Shown here: positions 41,240 to 55,280 of the stretch, piece after piece
Numbering within the stretch: position 1 is the first letter of the stretch
Layout of the letters: each line of letters starts with the position of its first letter
Assembly (NCBI GenBank): GCA_951406725.2
Contig: OX597820.1
Coordinates: forward strand, 96,038,001-96,102,000
DNA from: Octopus vulgaris
Taxonomy: Eukaryota
DNA: 64,000 nucleotides
Direction of reading: 5' to 3'
The notes under the pieces: model-generated
What the model saw: only the letters and a program-made list of their open reading frames with translations
Database searches by the model: none
Told to the model about the DNA's origin: nothing
Translations under genes and position numbers: made by a program

Positions 41240-41965
41240 CTCTACTCTTTTACTCGTTTCAGTCAGTTGACTGCGGCCATGCTGGAGCTCCGCCTTTAGT
41301 CGAGCAACTCGATCCCGGGACTTATTCTTTGTAAGCCCAGTACTTATTCTATCGGTCTCTTTTGCATCGGTTGTCAAGCGACACACAAACACACAAACAT
41401 ACACGCATATATATATATATATATATTGTATAGAGGGCATTATTACACATAAATGCCTCACACTAAGAGGGACTAAGTCATTACTACCAAAATTATACTA
41501 ATCATACTAATCATACTAATTATTTTTTAAATGTCTTGCTTTGAAAAACTGCATTTGGGTATGATTAGTATAATTTTGGTAGTAATGACTTAGTCCCTCT
41601 TAGTGTGAGGCATTTATGTGTAATAATGCCCTCTATACAATATAGATATAATTAATTTGTTCAAAAGAAAAAAATTATTTTCGAATTCTTTTCTTTTATG
41701 AGGTTTTCACGCTAACTACCCGATAATTTCTTGTTAAGATTCCTTATTAAGAGGTTATCCTTAATTGTTAAATATATATATATATATATATATACATATA
41801 TACGATGGGCCTCTTTCAGTTTCCGTCTACCAAATCCACTCACAAGGCTTTGGTCGGTCCGAGGCTATAGTAGAAGACACTTGCCCAAGGTGCCACGCAG
41901 TGGGACTGAACCCGGAATCATGTGGTTGGTAAGCAAGCTACTTAACACACAGCCACTCCTGCGCC
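41240..41965 (-). mobile_element. SINE family A split by an insertion in its central microsatellite
   Basis: 3' half at about 41240-41400 and 5' half at about 41800-41965. Confidence 0.8.
41422..41644. repeat. Inverted repeat with 86-bp arms and 51-bp spacer
   Basis: 41422-41507 is the reverse complement of 41559-41644; no mismatch seen. Confidence 0.95.
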
Positions 41966-42029
41966 TATACATATACATATACATATACATACATACATAC
42001 ATACATATATATATATATATATTTATATC

Positions 42030-42320
42030 ACAACCATGAGATATGAATTCGATTCCCGGGCCGGGCTGTGTCGTGTTCTTGAGCAAGACACTTTATTTCA
42101 CGCTGCTCCAAATCAGCCATTGTTGATATGAGTTGTGACGTTACTGGTGCCAAGCAGTGTCGGCTTTGCCTTTTCCCTCGGATAACATCGGTGGCGTGGA
42201 GAGGGGAGGCTAGTATGCATGGGCGACTGTTGGTCTTCCATAAACAATCTTGCCCGGACTTATGCCTAGGAGAGGAACTTTCTAGGTGCAACCCCATGTC
42301 CATTTATAACCGAAAAAAGT
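42030..42320 (+). mobile_element. tRNA-derived SINE, family D
   Basis: Reverse complement of 50492-50820. Confidence 0.8.
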
Positions 42321-42477
42321 GGCAGCATATTAAAATACCTTTAAGGTTAAAATTATAAACAACTTATAAACAAGGGCAAAAGAAAATTATTATATAATAA
42401 GTGGAAATTGACGATTTAAAAGTCTGTTATCAGCATATTAGCATAGAAAATAATTTTTTTGCCCATGTTTATAAGTT

Positions 42478-42523
<46 letters not shown>

Positions 42524-42524
42524 G

Positions 42525-42580
<56 letters not shown>

Positions 42581-42941
42581 CATATATATACATAGGGTGG
42601 CTTTGCTATAACAAGTTCGCTTTCCACCCACATGCTTCCGGGTTCGGTCCCACAGTGTGACATCTTGGACAGACGTCTTCTACTACAGTTTCGGTTCAAC
42701 CAGAACCTTGTGAGCAGGTATGGTATACGGTAACAGAAAGAATCCTGTCGTCATGTGCTCAGACCCTGGAGATTGCCTGGAGACACAAGACACATTATAA
42801 AAGCCTGCTTAACCACGTGTTTTAATAGCAGGAAAATATTAGTAGTTGTTAGTTTAATACAGTCTACATAAAAGGACATTTGTCTCTCACTGGACAGAGT
42901 ACTTTTTGTTGGTCTTACTTTAGCAGTGCGTGCGTGTGTGT

Positions 42942-42990
<49 letters not shown>

Positions 42991-43553
42991 CGTGCGTGCA
43001 TATATCTACGTGTGAATGACTGTGTGTCTATGTTTGTCATTTAACAACCGGTATCGGTATGTTTACGTTTCAGTAGTCTAGCGTTTCGAAAAAAGTAAAA
43101 ATTAGAATAAGTACCAGGCTTCAAAAGTAAGTACCGGAATCGATGTGTTCGAATAAAGTCTTCTAGGTGGTACCCTACCGTGGCCGCAGTCTAATGACGG
43201 AAAAAAATCTTAAACAAAGGATTTATACTCCAAAAACATAACGGGCTTCCTCGTGGCCTTCACAAACACCACCCAGAAGATATTGGTCAGCCTTGAGATT
43301 CATAGGCACTTTAGATCCAAAGCTACTGTAATGGACAATAGAACTAGGAATCACATGTCGGCAAAGCGAGCATCTTAACTGCTCGGCCAATCCGGAATTC
43401 TTACAATTTGCAAAATTTCAATAAATTCATACTTACAAAATGTTAAACAGAAATTGGCTTAACACTGCCATAAGTTTTAAGCGCAAAGTATTTTAAAAAG
43501 GTACGCGCAGACAATATGCACAGGCACACATACGCATAGACATATATATACAA

Positions 43554-43998
43554 CGCTGGATTAAACATTAAGCAAAGCACGCACGTACTTAAGGATCGGG
43601 GGTACCAAGACATCAAGAGCCGGGTGTACCATAGAAATGAAAATTGTTTACGACACGAAAGGAATCACTTTAAACTTGCTAAAATAATATTCATAATGCC
43701 TTAACTCTACTAAGAATAGAAGCAGAAGTTTTACGTAAAGTTAGTTTTAACAATATTATCGAAGACTTTGTAATTAAATTTTTAAAACAACGGAGAAAAC
43801 TTTTTAAATATAAATAAAGGGAAGGATACAAGATTAGACATTATTTTCTATCTTACTGTTAGTTTTGTTTCATTTTATGGTTTATTATTGTTTGGCTTTT
43901 AAATTAATTTTGTCTACATTTTGAACCATTTACATATACTTCAGTGCACCAAAAAACCTTTTAAGTGCTTAGGGCCTCCATGGGTCTTAATCCGCCCC
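43554..43998. mobile_element. hAT-like MITE
   Basis: Ends GCTGGATTAA and TTAATCCGCCCC, with subterminal GTACTTAAGG and GTGCTTAGGG motifs. Confidence 0.5.
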
Positions 43999-44009
43999 AA
44001 TATATATAA

Positions 44010-44052
<43 letters not shown>

Positions 44053-44071
44053 AACATATATAAATATATAC

Positions 44072-44105
<34 letters not shown>

Positions 44106-44516
44106 TTATATATATGTATGTGTGTGTGTGTGTGTATTTATATATATGTATTTATATATATATGTGTGTGTGTGCGTGTGTGCGTGTATGTATGTATGTA
44201 TGTATGTATGTATATATATATGCATGCATGCATGCATGCATGCATGTATGTATGTATGTATGTATGTATGTATGTATGTATGTATGTATGCGCGCATGAG
44301 TGTGAGTGTGTGTGCGTAGGATTACATGCTAATATATATATATGTATAATGATATTACGACACGTATATTGGAGTTCATATTGCATCCATATCAAAGTTT
44401 TGTATTTGTGGTGTTGTTTGTTCTTCTACCTATGTAATGTCTATGTATGGATGGACGTATCTCCTTTCCTTTCCCTCTCTTTCTCCCTCTCTTTCACTCT
44501 CACTCTTTTTCTCTGG

Positions 44517-44565
<49 letters not shown>

Positions 44566-44752
44566 TTGTGTTTGTAAGCTCGCGTGTGTATATGTATGTG
44601 TATGAATGTATGTATGTATGAATTTATGTGTGTATATATGTTTGATACATTTTAACACGGAAAACGTATACAGTTGATTGTAAAAGTAAAAAGTATTCAT
44701 CAATTCTTCAGTTTATTATTTCACGTTATATTGTTTTTATGTTTAATGTCAC

Positions 44753-45180
<428 letters not shown>

Positions 45181-45202
45181 AGAGAGAGTCGTTAGATTTT
45201 TA

Positions 45203-45234
<32 letters not shown>

Positions 45235-45246
45235 GACGCACACACG

Positions 45247-45307
<61 letters not shown>

Positions 45308-45933
45308 TTATGTACATATCAAGACTTTTATTACACGTGCTCTTTACGTGTACTTTCAACAATTGGATATGTTTAGTAAACATGTATGCTGATGCCTTTC
45401 AGCTGTACACACTGCAAATAAACGTGGTTGCCATGCACAGAGAGCATGCACATTTAAATTTAGTGTGCACAAACGTTACTCTTTGCATCATGCGGAAAAT
45501 TATGCTTTCTTTTATTTATCTTCACATTTTTAATATTTATTTAATGCGACAAAATTACTTACGTCTGTACGCATGCCTGTATAGTTACATGCTTGCAGGC
45601 ATGCATCTCTTAACGTAAGTTTGCATGTATGCACTTATGTTTGCACGTAGATATGCTCATATGCTTCTGTGTAAACATGTGTCTGTGCATGTATCCAAGC
45701 ACGTGTCTTTGTATGTATGTATGTATGTATGCATGTATGTATGTATGTATGTATGTACGTGTGTATGTATGTACGTACGCATGTTTGCATGCATGAATGA
45801 ATGTTTCTAAGTCCGAGTGCGTTTGTGTGTGTGTATATGTATATGTGTATATATAATAATATGTGTGTGTCTGCATGTGTGTGTGTGTGTGTGACTGTGA
45901 GCATATATATATATATATACATACATATATATG

Positions 45934-45972
<39 letters not shown>

Positions 45973-46049
45973 CCTGAGCGCCTATTAATAACAATACTGT
46001 AATTGTTCCACGTGTTGTTGTTTTTTTGTTTTCCCGTTTGGATTAAAAT

Positions 46050-46080
<31 letters not shown>

Positions 46081-46097
46081 GTATATATATATATATG

Positions 46098-46131
<34 letters not shown>

Positions 46132-46205
46132 GATATATATGTGTATGTATGCATGTATATATATATGTATGTATGAATATATATATTTATATATATATAT
46201 GTATA

Positions 46206-46241
<36 letters not shown>

Positions 46242-46398
46242 TGTATGTATGTATGTATATAATGACAATGTGCGTGTAAGTGTATCGTGATATATAAATA
46301 TAGGTATGTATTTATGTGGATATAAATGTTATGTATGGGTATATGAAAGAATATACACAAACACACACACACACGCACACACAGACACACACACACAC

Positions 46399-46452
<54 letters not shown>

Positions 46453-46854
46453 TACATACATACAAACATACGTATATATATATATGTATATGTATGTATG
46501 AACATTAGAGCATATTTGTATGCAAGCTTGTATACGTGTGCATGTGAAGTGTTGCAAAACGGAGGATTTTGTTAAGCGTAAAGTTGACAAAACAAATTAA
46601 TAGACCATAATCAGTGATAAAAGAATTCCCACTTGTTCTTCGACCAATTCTGTTTAATACAATACAATGTGCTTTCTTCGGTTTTCTTTTTCTTTTTTTT
46701 TTGTTTCTTTTTTTATGTTAACTCTGAGAACTTTTTCCTGTAATTTTCATAAATATTTTACATCAATTTCCTATGCGTACAAACAATCACACACTCATTA
46801 ACTCTCTTTCTCTCTCTCTCTTTCTTACTCTCTTTCTTTTTTTCTCTCTCCCTC

Positions 46855-46890
<36 letters not shown>

Positions 46891-47133
46891 ACACATACGC
46901 GAAGCCCGTCAAAAGCACATTTTGTTAACACCTTTGAATAATATTATGAACAAAATAAAAATTAACACTTATGTGTTTGTGTATGTATGTGTCGAATATA
47001 TATTAATGTATATACAAATACATATGTGTGTGTGTGTTTATACGTACATATATATATATATAAATGTGTGTGTGCGTGTCTGTGACTGTTTTATACAAAT
47101 ATATATATATATGTATATATATGTGTGTTTGTT

Positions 47134-47226
<93 letters not shown>

Positions 47227-47372
47227 ATTTCTGTGTTTACATACATATATGTGTCTGCCTGTATGTATTTGTTTACAGGTGCATGTGTGTGTCAGTGTTC
47301 GTATGTGTGTGTGTGTGAGTGAGTGTTTACACTGCTTACATGCTTATTTTTAATATAAACTCTGCGACTTAC

Positions 47373-47668
47373 AGTATTGTTGTTTGATTGTCGATCCCAT
47401 TGGGTAGGCTGGTGAGATTCAACCGAGAACAATCCACCTCTTTCGTACCCGCATGTCGTATTTTGCACTTACAACCTCCAAGGCAGGTGTCAGGAAGCAC
47501 TGCACCTAATTGAATGGTATCTTGGCCCGCATTTATTTTCTCGGCTTTTGTGTAGCTTGATAAAAAATGTATTCCCATTAAGGTAGATAATAACAACCAA
47601 ATTATTAGCTGTGAGGAAATTTGGTCCGTGATTTGTATAAAATACTTATATTTTAGACGAAACGTCAT
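47373..47668 (-). CDS. First coding exon of a secreted or membrane leucine-rich-repeat protein (signal peptide + LRRNT); LGR-type GPCR or Slit-like
   Basis: Hydrophobic segment LIIWLLLSTLMGIHFL, then CLGGCKCKIRHAGTKEVDCSRLNLTSLPNGIDNQTTIL, matching the LRRNT pattern C-x3-C-x-C-x9-VDC-x3-L-x2-LP. The ORF stop lies inside the donor site ATA CT|GTAAGT, giving a phase-2 intron in the Leu codon as in LGR and Slit genes. Confidence 0.85.
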
Positions 47669-48041
47669 TGCCGTTTATGTATTTGTAGTCCAACAGAAGA
47701 TTAACACACGCGCGAACTTGCTAGATCGAGCATCTACTGCTACTGTTTAAGCGATTCATATATAGAAAAAGAAATGAAGTCCATAGCTGCTTGGTAAATA
47801 TGTTTCTCTGTAAACTCCGAACGCCCACAGTGAAGGAACTAACTAAGCAAGTCTTGAATTTAGGAAACACCTGGTCTCGTTCCCTTATAAAAAAAATAAA
47901 TAAACAAATCAAGCAAAATCGAACCAATCATATCTGATTAGGACTGAATCGAACTATTTCCATTTTTAAAAAAATTATTGTTTAATTATTTTATATCGTT
48001 TATTTTTGTTGTATTTATCTTGCATTTTTTTAAACATCGCA

Positions 48042-48219
48042 TTACCTCCTCCGTTTCTCTCTCTCTCTCTCTCCCTCTCTAATTAACTCTTTCTTTCTCT
48101 CTCTCTCTACAGTTAACTCTTTCTCTCTCTCACTTTCTCTATCCTTCTCTCTTTCATTCTGTCTATCTTTTCCATACACTCTTGCCTTTGTCTCTCTCTT
48201 CCCTATCTTTTCCTCTCTG

Positions 48220-48270
<51 letters not shown>

Positions 48271-48395
48271 ATCTCTCTCGCTCTCTGTCCCTCTTTCTTT
48301 CTGCCCCTCTCTTTCCGTTCTGATTTATTCCTCTTCTCTTTTCCACACTTTTCCCCCCTTTCATCTGATTTCACTTCGCCTCCACTTACAGACAC
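48042..48395 (-). promoter_or_regulatory. GA/CT-rich tract upstream of the LRR exon (possible promoter or 5' UTR)
   Basis: Long purine/pyrimidine-biased tract about 400-700 bp upstream of the ATG. Positional inference only. Confidence 0.25.
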
Positions 48396-48447
48396 TCACA
48401 CATACAAACAAACGTATGCTGCGACCGTTACACCAACAACAAACACA

Positions 48448-48490
<43 letters not shown>

Positions 48491-49368
48491 AAACACATAG
48501 ACGCACAAACTCACACATACGCATCCATTTTAAGCACTACACCAAATACACACTAAAGAACTAAAGCGATCTCATTGACACGTGTACACACAAGTAAATA
48601 TATGCAGTCACTGCATAGTCACTGCCTGGTGACTAGTCAGCAATGCAAATAGCATTGAAATGCATTCTGCAGAAGAAGTCGGTGCGCGCACGCAATATAC
48701 ACACACGCGTGTACAGACACAAACACAAACACAAACACACATACACAAACACACACACACACACACACACACATGTACAAACTTCGATTTATTTCTGTTT
48801 TGTGCACTGTGATAACTATATGCGATTTGTTCGATAGATATAGATGTGCATCGGGAACCTGTTAAATATGAGAAGCGTGCACACGTAGATGCATATGCTT
48901 AACCATTGTGCACCATTTCGCTTAATGATCCCAAGATGTATCCGTGCGTGTATGTATACGCACCTGTATGGGCTTGTGTATGTTTGCGTATATGTGCGCG
49001 TATGTCTGTTATTGTGAATATATACACATATACACACATGTATAGTGAGAGATTGACATATATATATATATATATATATATACAAATAGACACACACACA
49101 CACACACACACATATAAATATATATATGTATGTGTGTATATGTTTGTGTGTCTGTGTTTGTCTCCCCAACTTCGCTTGATGTATTTACGTCCCCGTGACT
49201 TAGCGGTTCGGCAAAAGACTTTACTTGGAATAAGTACTAGGGTTACTGGGAATAAGTCCTGGGGGTCGATTTGCTCAACTAAAGGCGGTGCTCCAGCATG
49301 GCCACAGTCAAATGAGTGAGACAAGTAAGGGAGTAAAAGATTAAAAGAGATGCATGTATATATATAAT

Positions 49369-49495
<127 letters not shown>

Positions 49496-49913
49496 GTGTG
49501 CAATAAATATACGTGCACACACGCGCACATACGTATATAAATGTGTGTGAGTATGTATGTGTTTGTGTGTGTATATCATTCCTTTAGTTAGTATTCGGGA
49601 ATGTATATTCGACTATTTGATTGTATGCGTGTTTAAGTTTTTGCGACGAGGTGCCAGTATGCTTGACTGATTGTTTCCGCAAAAGTTGTTTTCTGTTTTA
49701 TAAGTTTTCATGAAACATATATTTCAGCTGAAACTGACCAAGTAGAGAGCGAATACTTTTTTGATAATGCTATAAATAATACAATGAAGAGATTACATGG
49801 TCGTCCGACATCCTAGAAACAGCAGTAAGATATTCCAGTAATCTCACACTAACGTCTTAGTAAAAAAAGAAAAAATTAAAAAACCGCTTATTTTAGATAA
49901 TGTTGTAAGGAAA

Positions 49914-49970
49914 GTATGTATGCATGCATGTATGTATGTATGTATGTATGCATGTATGTATGTATGTATG

Positions 49971-50001
<31 letters not shown>

Positions 50002-50062
50002 GTATGTATGTATGTATGCATGCATGCATGTATGTATGTATGTATGCATGTATGAATGTATG

Positions 50063-50101
<39 letters not shown>

Positions 50102-50170
50102 TTATGTATGTATGCATGTATGTATGTATGTAATTATGTATGTATGTATGCATGTATGTATGCATGTATG

Positions 50171-50201
<31 letters not shown>

Positions 50202-50250
50202 TTATGTACGTATGCATGCATGCATGTATGTATGTATGCATGTATGTATG
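49914..50250. repeat. (TATG)n microsatellite with variants
   Basis: Seen directly. Confidence 0.95.
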
Positions 50251-50295
50251 TATATATTTATCTATTTATCTACCTTTCTGTCTACCTATTACAAC

Positions 50296-50339
50296 AAACA
50301 CACATGCACGCATGGATGTTGATTTTCGCATGTATATGA

Positions 50340-50379
<40 letters not shown>

Positions 50380-50419
50380 TCATATACATGCGAAAATCAA
50401 CATCCATGCGTGCATGTGT

Positions 50420-50423
<4 letters not shown>
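50296..50423. repeat. 128-bp perfect palindrome centred on (TA)n
   Basis: AAACACACATGCACGCATGGATGTTGATTTTCGC ... is mirrored by ... GCGAAAATCAACATCCATGCGTGCATGTGTGTTT. Confidence 0.95.
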
Positions 50424-50491
<68 letters not shown>

Positions 50492-50494
<3 letters not shown>

Positions 50495-50820
50495 CTCTTC
50501 GGTCATTACTGACCGTGGGATTGCACCTAGAAAGTTACCCTCCCAGGTGCAAGTCCGGGCAAGGTTTTTTATGGAAGACCAGCAGTCGCCCATGCATACC
50601 GGCCTCCCCTCTCCACGCCACTAGTGTTATCCAAGGGAAAGCCAACAGCCGATACAGCTTGGCACCTGTGACATCGCAACTCATTTCTACAGCTGAGTGA
50701 ACTGGAGCAATGTGAAATTAAGTGTCTTGCTCAAGAACACAACATGCAGCCCAGTCTGGGATTCGAACTCACAACCTCACGGTCGTAAGCTCGATGCTCT
50801 AAACATTGAGCCATGCGCCT
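50492..50820 (-). mobile_element. tRNA-derived SINE, family D, near full length
   Basis: AGGCGCATGGCTCAATG A box and AGTTCGAATCC B box. Confidence 0.85.
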
Positions 50821-50868
50821 TCACACACACACACATATATATACACGCATGCATATATACACACACAA

Positions 50869-50913
<45 letters not shown>

Positions 50914-51029
50914 TACACACAAAAAAAGAATCAATATTCATGTCTTTAAATCATATTTTAAGCAACGTATGCATGTGTATAAACCTACATACATTCAAAC
51001 ATGCATGCATACGTACATCATACTTGTTT

Positions 51030-51232
51030 CTTTATTACCCACAAGGGGCTACACATAGAGGGGACAAGCAAGGGCAGACAAACGGATTAAATCGATTACA
51101 TCGACCCCAGTGCGTAACTGGTACTTAATTTATCGACCTCGAAAGGATGAAAGGCAAAGTCGACCTCGGCGGAATTTGAACTTAGAACGTAACGGCAGAC
51201 GAAATACGGTTACGCATTTCGTCCGGCGTGCT
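51030..51232 (-). mobile_element. SINE, family C
   Basis: Matches 4065-4273. Confidence 0.8.
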
Positions 51233-51507
51233 AATACGTACATCATACCTTGATGTTATGTAAACTGAAATCCCCGTTGACAGGTCGCTGATATTAAATA
51301 AAGTGCTAAGCATTTACCGTATGCAAATCAGTAGCCGCAGTTTTCTGTAGCTAACGGGTGTGTTGAGTATATAAACAGATCGGCTGCTCGCTCCATTAGG
51401 ATTGTTCAGATTCCAAGAAACATCTGAGGAGGACCCGATAAGGTTCGAAAAATAGATCAAGGTTATTCTTAATTTCGTTTCCATTTGCCCTATTTATATA
51501 GCTACTA

Positions 51508-52000
51508 CAGTGGTTCCCAACTGGGGGTTTGTGAACTAAATTCAAAATTTCACATATACATATATGTATACTCTTTTACTTGTTTCAGTCATTTGACCAT
51601 GGCCATACTGGAGCACCGCCTTTAGTCGACCAAATCGACCCCAGGACTTATTCTTTGTAAGCCTAGTATTAATTCTATCGGTCTCTTTTTTCCGAACCGC
51701 TAAGCAACGGAGACGTAAACACACTAGCATCGGTTGCAAGCGATGTTGGGGGAGGGGACAAACACAGACACACAAACATATACTCACTCATACATATATA
51801 TATACATATATACGTCGGGCTTCTTTCAGTTTCCGTCCACCAAATCCACTCACAAGACTTTGTTCGGCCCGAGGCTATTGTAGAAGGCACTTGCCCAAAG
51901 TGCCACGCAGTGGGACTGAACCCGGAATGTATATATAAATAGGCAAATTAAAAGGGGTCAGGGGGAAAACTCGTTTAAATAAAAGGTTTGGGAACCACTG
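51508..52000. mobile_element. hAT-type MITE with a nested SINE A (about 51570-51930, minus strand)
   Basis: Perfect 13-bp TIRs CAGTGGTTCCCAA (51508-51520) and TTGGGAACCACTG (51988-52000). Confidence 0.8.
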
Positions 52001-52002
52001 AT

Positions 52003-52385
52003 TTACTCTTTTATTTGTTTCCTTCATTTGACTGCCGCCAAGCTGGAGCACCGTCTTTAGTCGAACAAATCGACCCTAGGACTTATTCTTTGTAACCCTA
52101 GTACTTTTTCAATCAGTCTCTTTTACCGATCCGCTAAGGTACGGGGACATAAACACATCAACATTGGTTGTCAAACGATGGTGGGAGGACAAATCGTTAG
52201 CACACCGGGCGAAATACTTTGCTGTATTTCGTTTGTCTTTACGTTCTGAGTTCAAATTCCGCTGAGGTCGGCTTTGCCTTTCATCCTTTCGGGGTTCGAT
52301 AAATTAAGTACCAGTTGCGTACTGGTGTCATTGTAATCGACTAGACCCCTCCCCAAAAATTTCGGACCTTGTTCCTAGAGTAGAA
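52003..52385. mobile_element. Adjacent SINE A 3' half (minus) and SINE C (plus)
   Basis: Homology to the copies above; junction near 52193. Confidence 0.75.
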
Positions 52386-52752
52386 TATAATATATAATAC
52401 ACACACACACACATGCACTTGTTATATGTAACGTGGTTGATTTAATCGAGGAATCTTTTCAAGACTGTGATCAAGCTAAAGTGATTGAAATGATCCATGC
52501 AATAAAAAAATACAAACTTTCAACTAAGGATTTTCAAAATCGAAAAGAGGAAAAGAAAATCCAAGAACTGAATTTTTAATTTTAAGCATCCTCAGAGTAG
52601 GGCGTGCTTTCTCTGCTTCCAGTAGTGCAGAATATCATGTAGCCATAGCTTTCAGATCGAAAGTGCGTTTACTATGCATAATGATCCCGAGAGGTATTAC
52701 GGCTCAGCCCTATTATCGATGCACGCACACGTACACACTCAAACACCCACGC

Positions 52753-52815
<63 letters not shown>

Positions 52816-53265
52816 AACACACATAGACATATTTATGTACGTATGTGGAAATATAGGGTAGCCCAACAGTAGGTTCACAGTCATTCAACTATCCCTTTCG
52901 CATTCATATATTAACAGTTTAAATCTTAATTACCAAAACAAATATGAAACCATTATTCTATGCTAATTTAGTTAATTGTGAGATAAAAATTTTAATGTAA
53001 TGAAATGTTTTAAAAGAAATTCAAAGTGCCTATGTGATAACTGTAAACCTTCTTTTGGGCCACCCTGTATAGATATGGATATTGATAGACTGATTGATTG
53101 ATCAGTCTATATGACTATATGTGTGTGACTATATATGTGTGTGTATCTATACATGCATATACGTATATATATATATATATATATATAATAATGATAATAA
53201 TAATAATAATAATATTAGGGGGTAATTCTCTTATTTAATTTATATATATATATATATATATACAT

Positions 53266-53510
53266 GCGCCCTTTTAAAGCCTAGCCAGGCTAATGTGCCC
53301 GGTTTCCCGGCTTCTATGGCGTGTGTGTTCCCCAGCTGGAGGGGATGCCCGTCCATCGCAGCGGTACTCATTTTTGCCACCTGAGTGGACTGGAGCAACG
53401 TGAATTGAAGTGTTTTGCTCAAGAACACAACGCGTCGCCTGGTCCAGGAGTCGAAACCAAAACCTTACGATCATGGTGCTGACACCCTAACCACTAAGCC
53501 ACGCGCCTCC
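53266..53510 (-). mobile_element. tRNA-derived SINE with intact pol III boxes
   Basis: TGGCTTAGTGG and GGTTTCGACTCC on the minus strand. Confidence 0.85.
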
Positions 53511-53523
53511 ACTATATATATAC

Positions 53524-53592
<69 letters not shown>

Positions 53593-53745
53593 TATAGAAT
53601 ATATATATATACATATACAATATAATATAATATGCATATACATATGAGATACGTTTGAGTGTAAATGTCATACTGTTATATGTATGCGTGTTATATGTAT
53701 GAGTGCGAGTGTTTGTGTATGTGTGTGTATGTTTAACTGTGTGTT

Positions 53746-53784
<39 letters not shown>

Positions 53785-54060
53785 TTGTGTGTGCACAGCT
53801 AGAGGGACAGAAGGAGGGAATTAGGACAGGAAAAAATGCCAAGAATGGAAGAAGAGAGAACAGCAGTTGGGGTGATAGACAGATGGAATAATCGATTGAC
53901 AGATATGATGACTGATCGATCATCAACCAAGCATTGACGAATATGCATACATTCGTGCACGCACACGCACACACATACACACACGTATGGATCCCATTCC
54001 TTCCTCTACTTTCCCTCTCCCTTCCTTTCCGTTTTCCTTATCATATGTAGAAATATATGC

Positions 54061-54110
<50 letters not shown>

Positions 54111-54364
54111 GCACATACATATATATATATATATGTGCTGAAACACTCCTGTCACAACCTGGGACCTTGAAGACTGCTATAAAGCAAAAAGTAAACTAGT
54201 CCCTTAATATTTTATATTCCATATTTCATCTATTCAATAAGACAATCAATAATTCATTTCATTTTACTATATATATTATTTATACTATATATTCTATATT
54301 CTACATTAATATTATAAACAATATAAATAAAACATAAAAAGCAGACAGAGTTGAAATTTCTTTG

Positions 54365-54399
<35 letters not shown>

Positions 54400-54714
54400 T
54401 GGGAGGTGTGGAGGGGTATATTGTTCTGGTGTGGGTGCGTGGTAAGAAGTTTGCTTTTTTAACCACATGACTCTGGGTTTAGTCCAAGTGTGTTTAGTCG
54501 AAGTGTATGTTTGTACCTCACAATCGCATTTCAATCGTTGTTGGTTGGTTTAAGTGCACGGAATTCAAAAGTGCTACGGATTAAGAACCAGGCTTCAAGA
54601 AAGTAAGTACTGGGCTCCATTCGTTCGACTAAAATTCTTCACTGTTTATCCCAGCATGACTGCACTTTACCGAATAAAATAAAATATATGTGTGCGTTTA
54701 TATATAAACGAAAT

Positions 54715-54763
<49 letters not shown>

Positions 54764-54871
54764 TTATAAAAAAGAGGTTTGAAAACGCCACTATATAAGA
54801 TAAATTTTAATTTTCTTAGAAATTTTACGTTTCGGTTCTTCTTGAAAAAACGAACCTTATATATAAAACGA

Positions 54872-54929
<58 letters not shown>

Positions 54930-55280
54930 TATACATATATATATACATACATACATATATACATACATACATACATACATACATACATACATACATACAT
55001 ACATACATACATACATAGTAGATATATTTATACTTACACGCACGCAGACATCAATCGCATAAAACAAAAGCCAAATATTTCGTCTATATTTACCACGTTG
55101 TGCTTTTACCTCTAGCTCGTTTTTGTCGTTACCCCATTTTTTTTTTGTTTACTGCACAATATAATACATGTAGAATTTCAGTACTGTATGGATGGATGGT
55201 CAGCTTCTATTTCTAGCATGTCAAACGACCCTCTAGTGATTGCTCACTACGTTTTTGCTTTTTCCCCCAGATTAGGTAAG

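Noticed and set aside
53440-53510. tRNA-like sequences with A and B boxes
   Set aside because: They are heads of SINEs continuing into repeat bodies, not tRNA genes.
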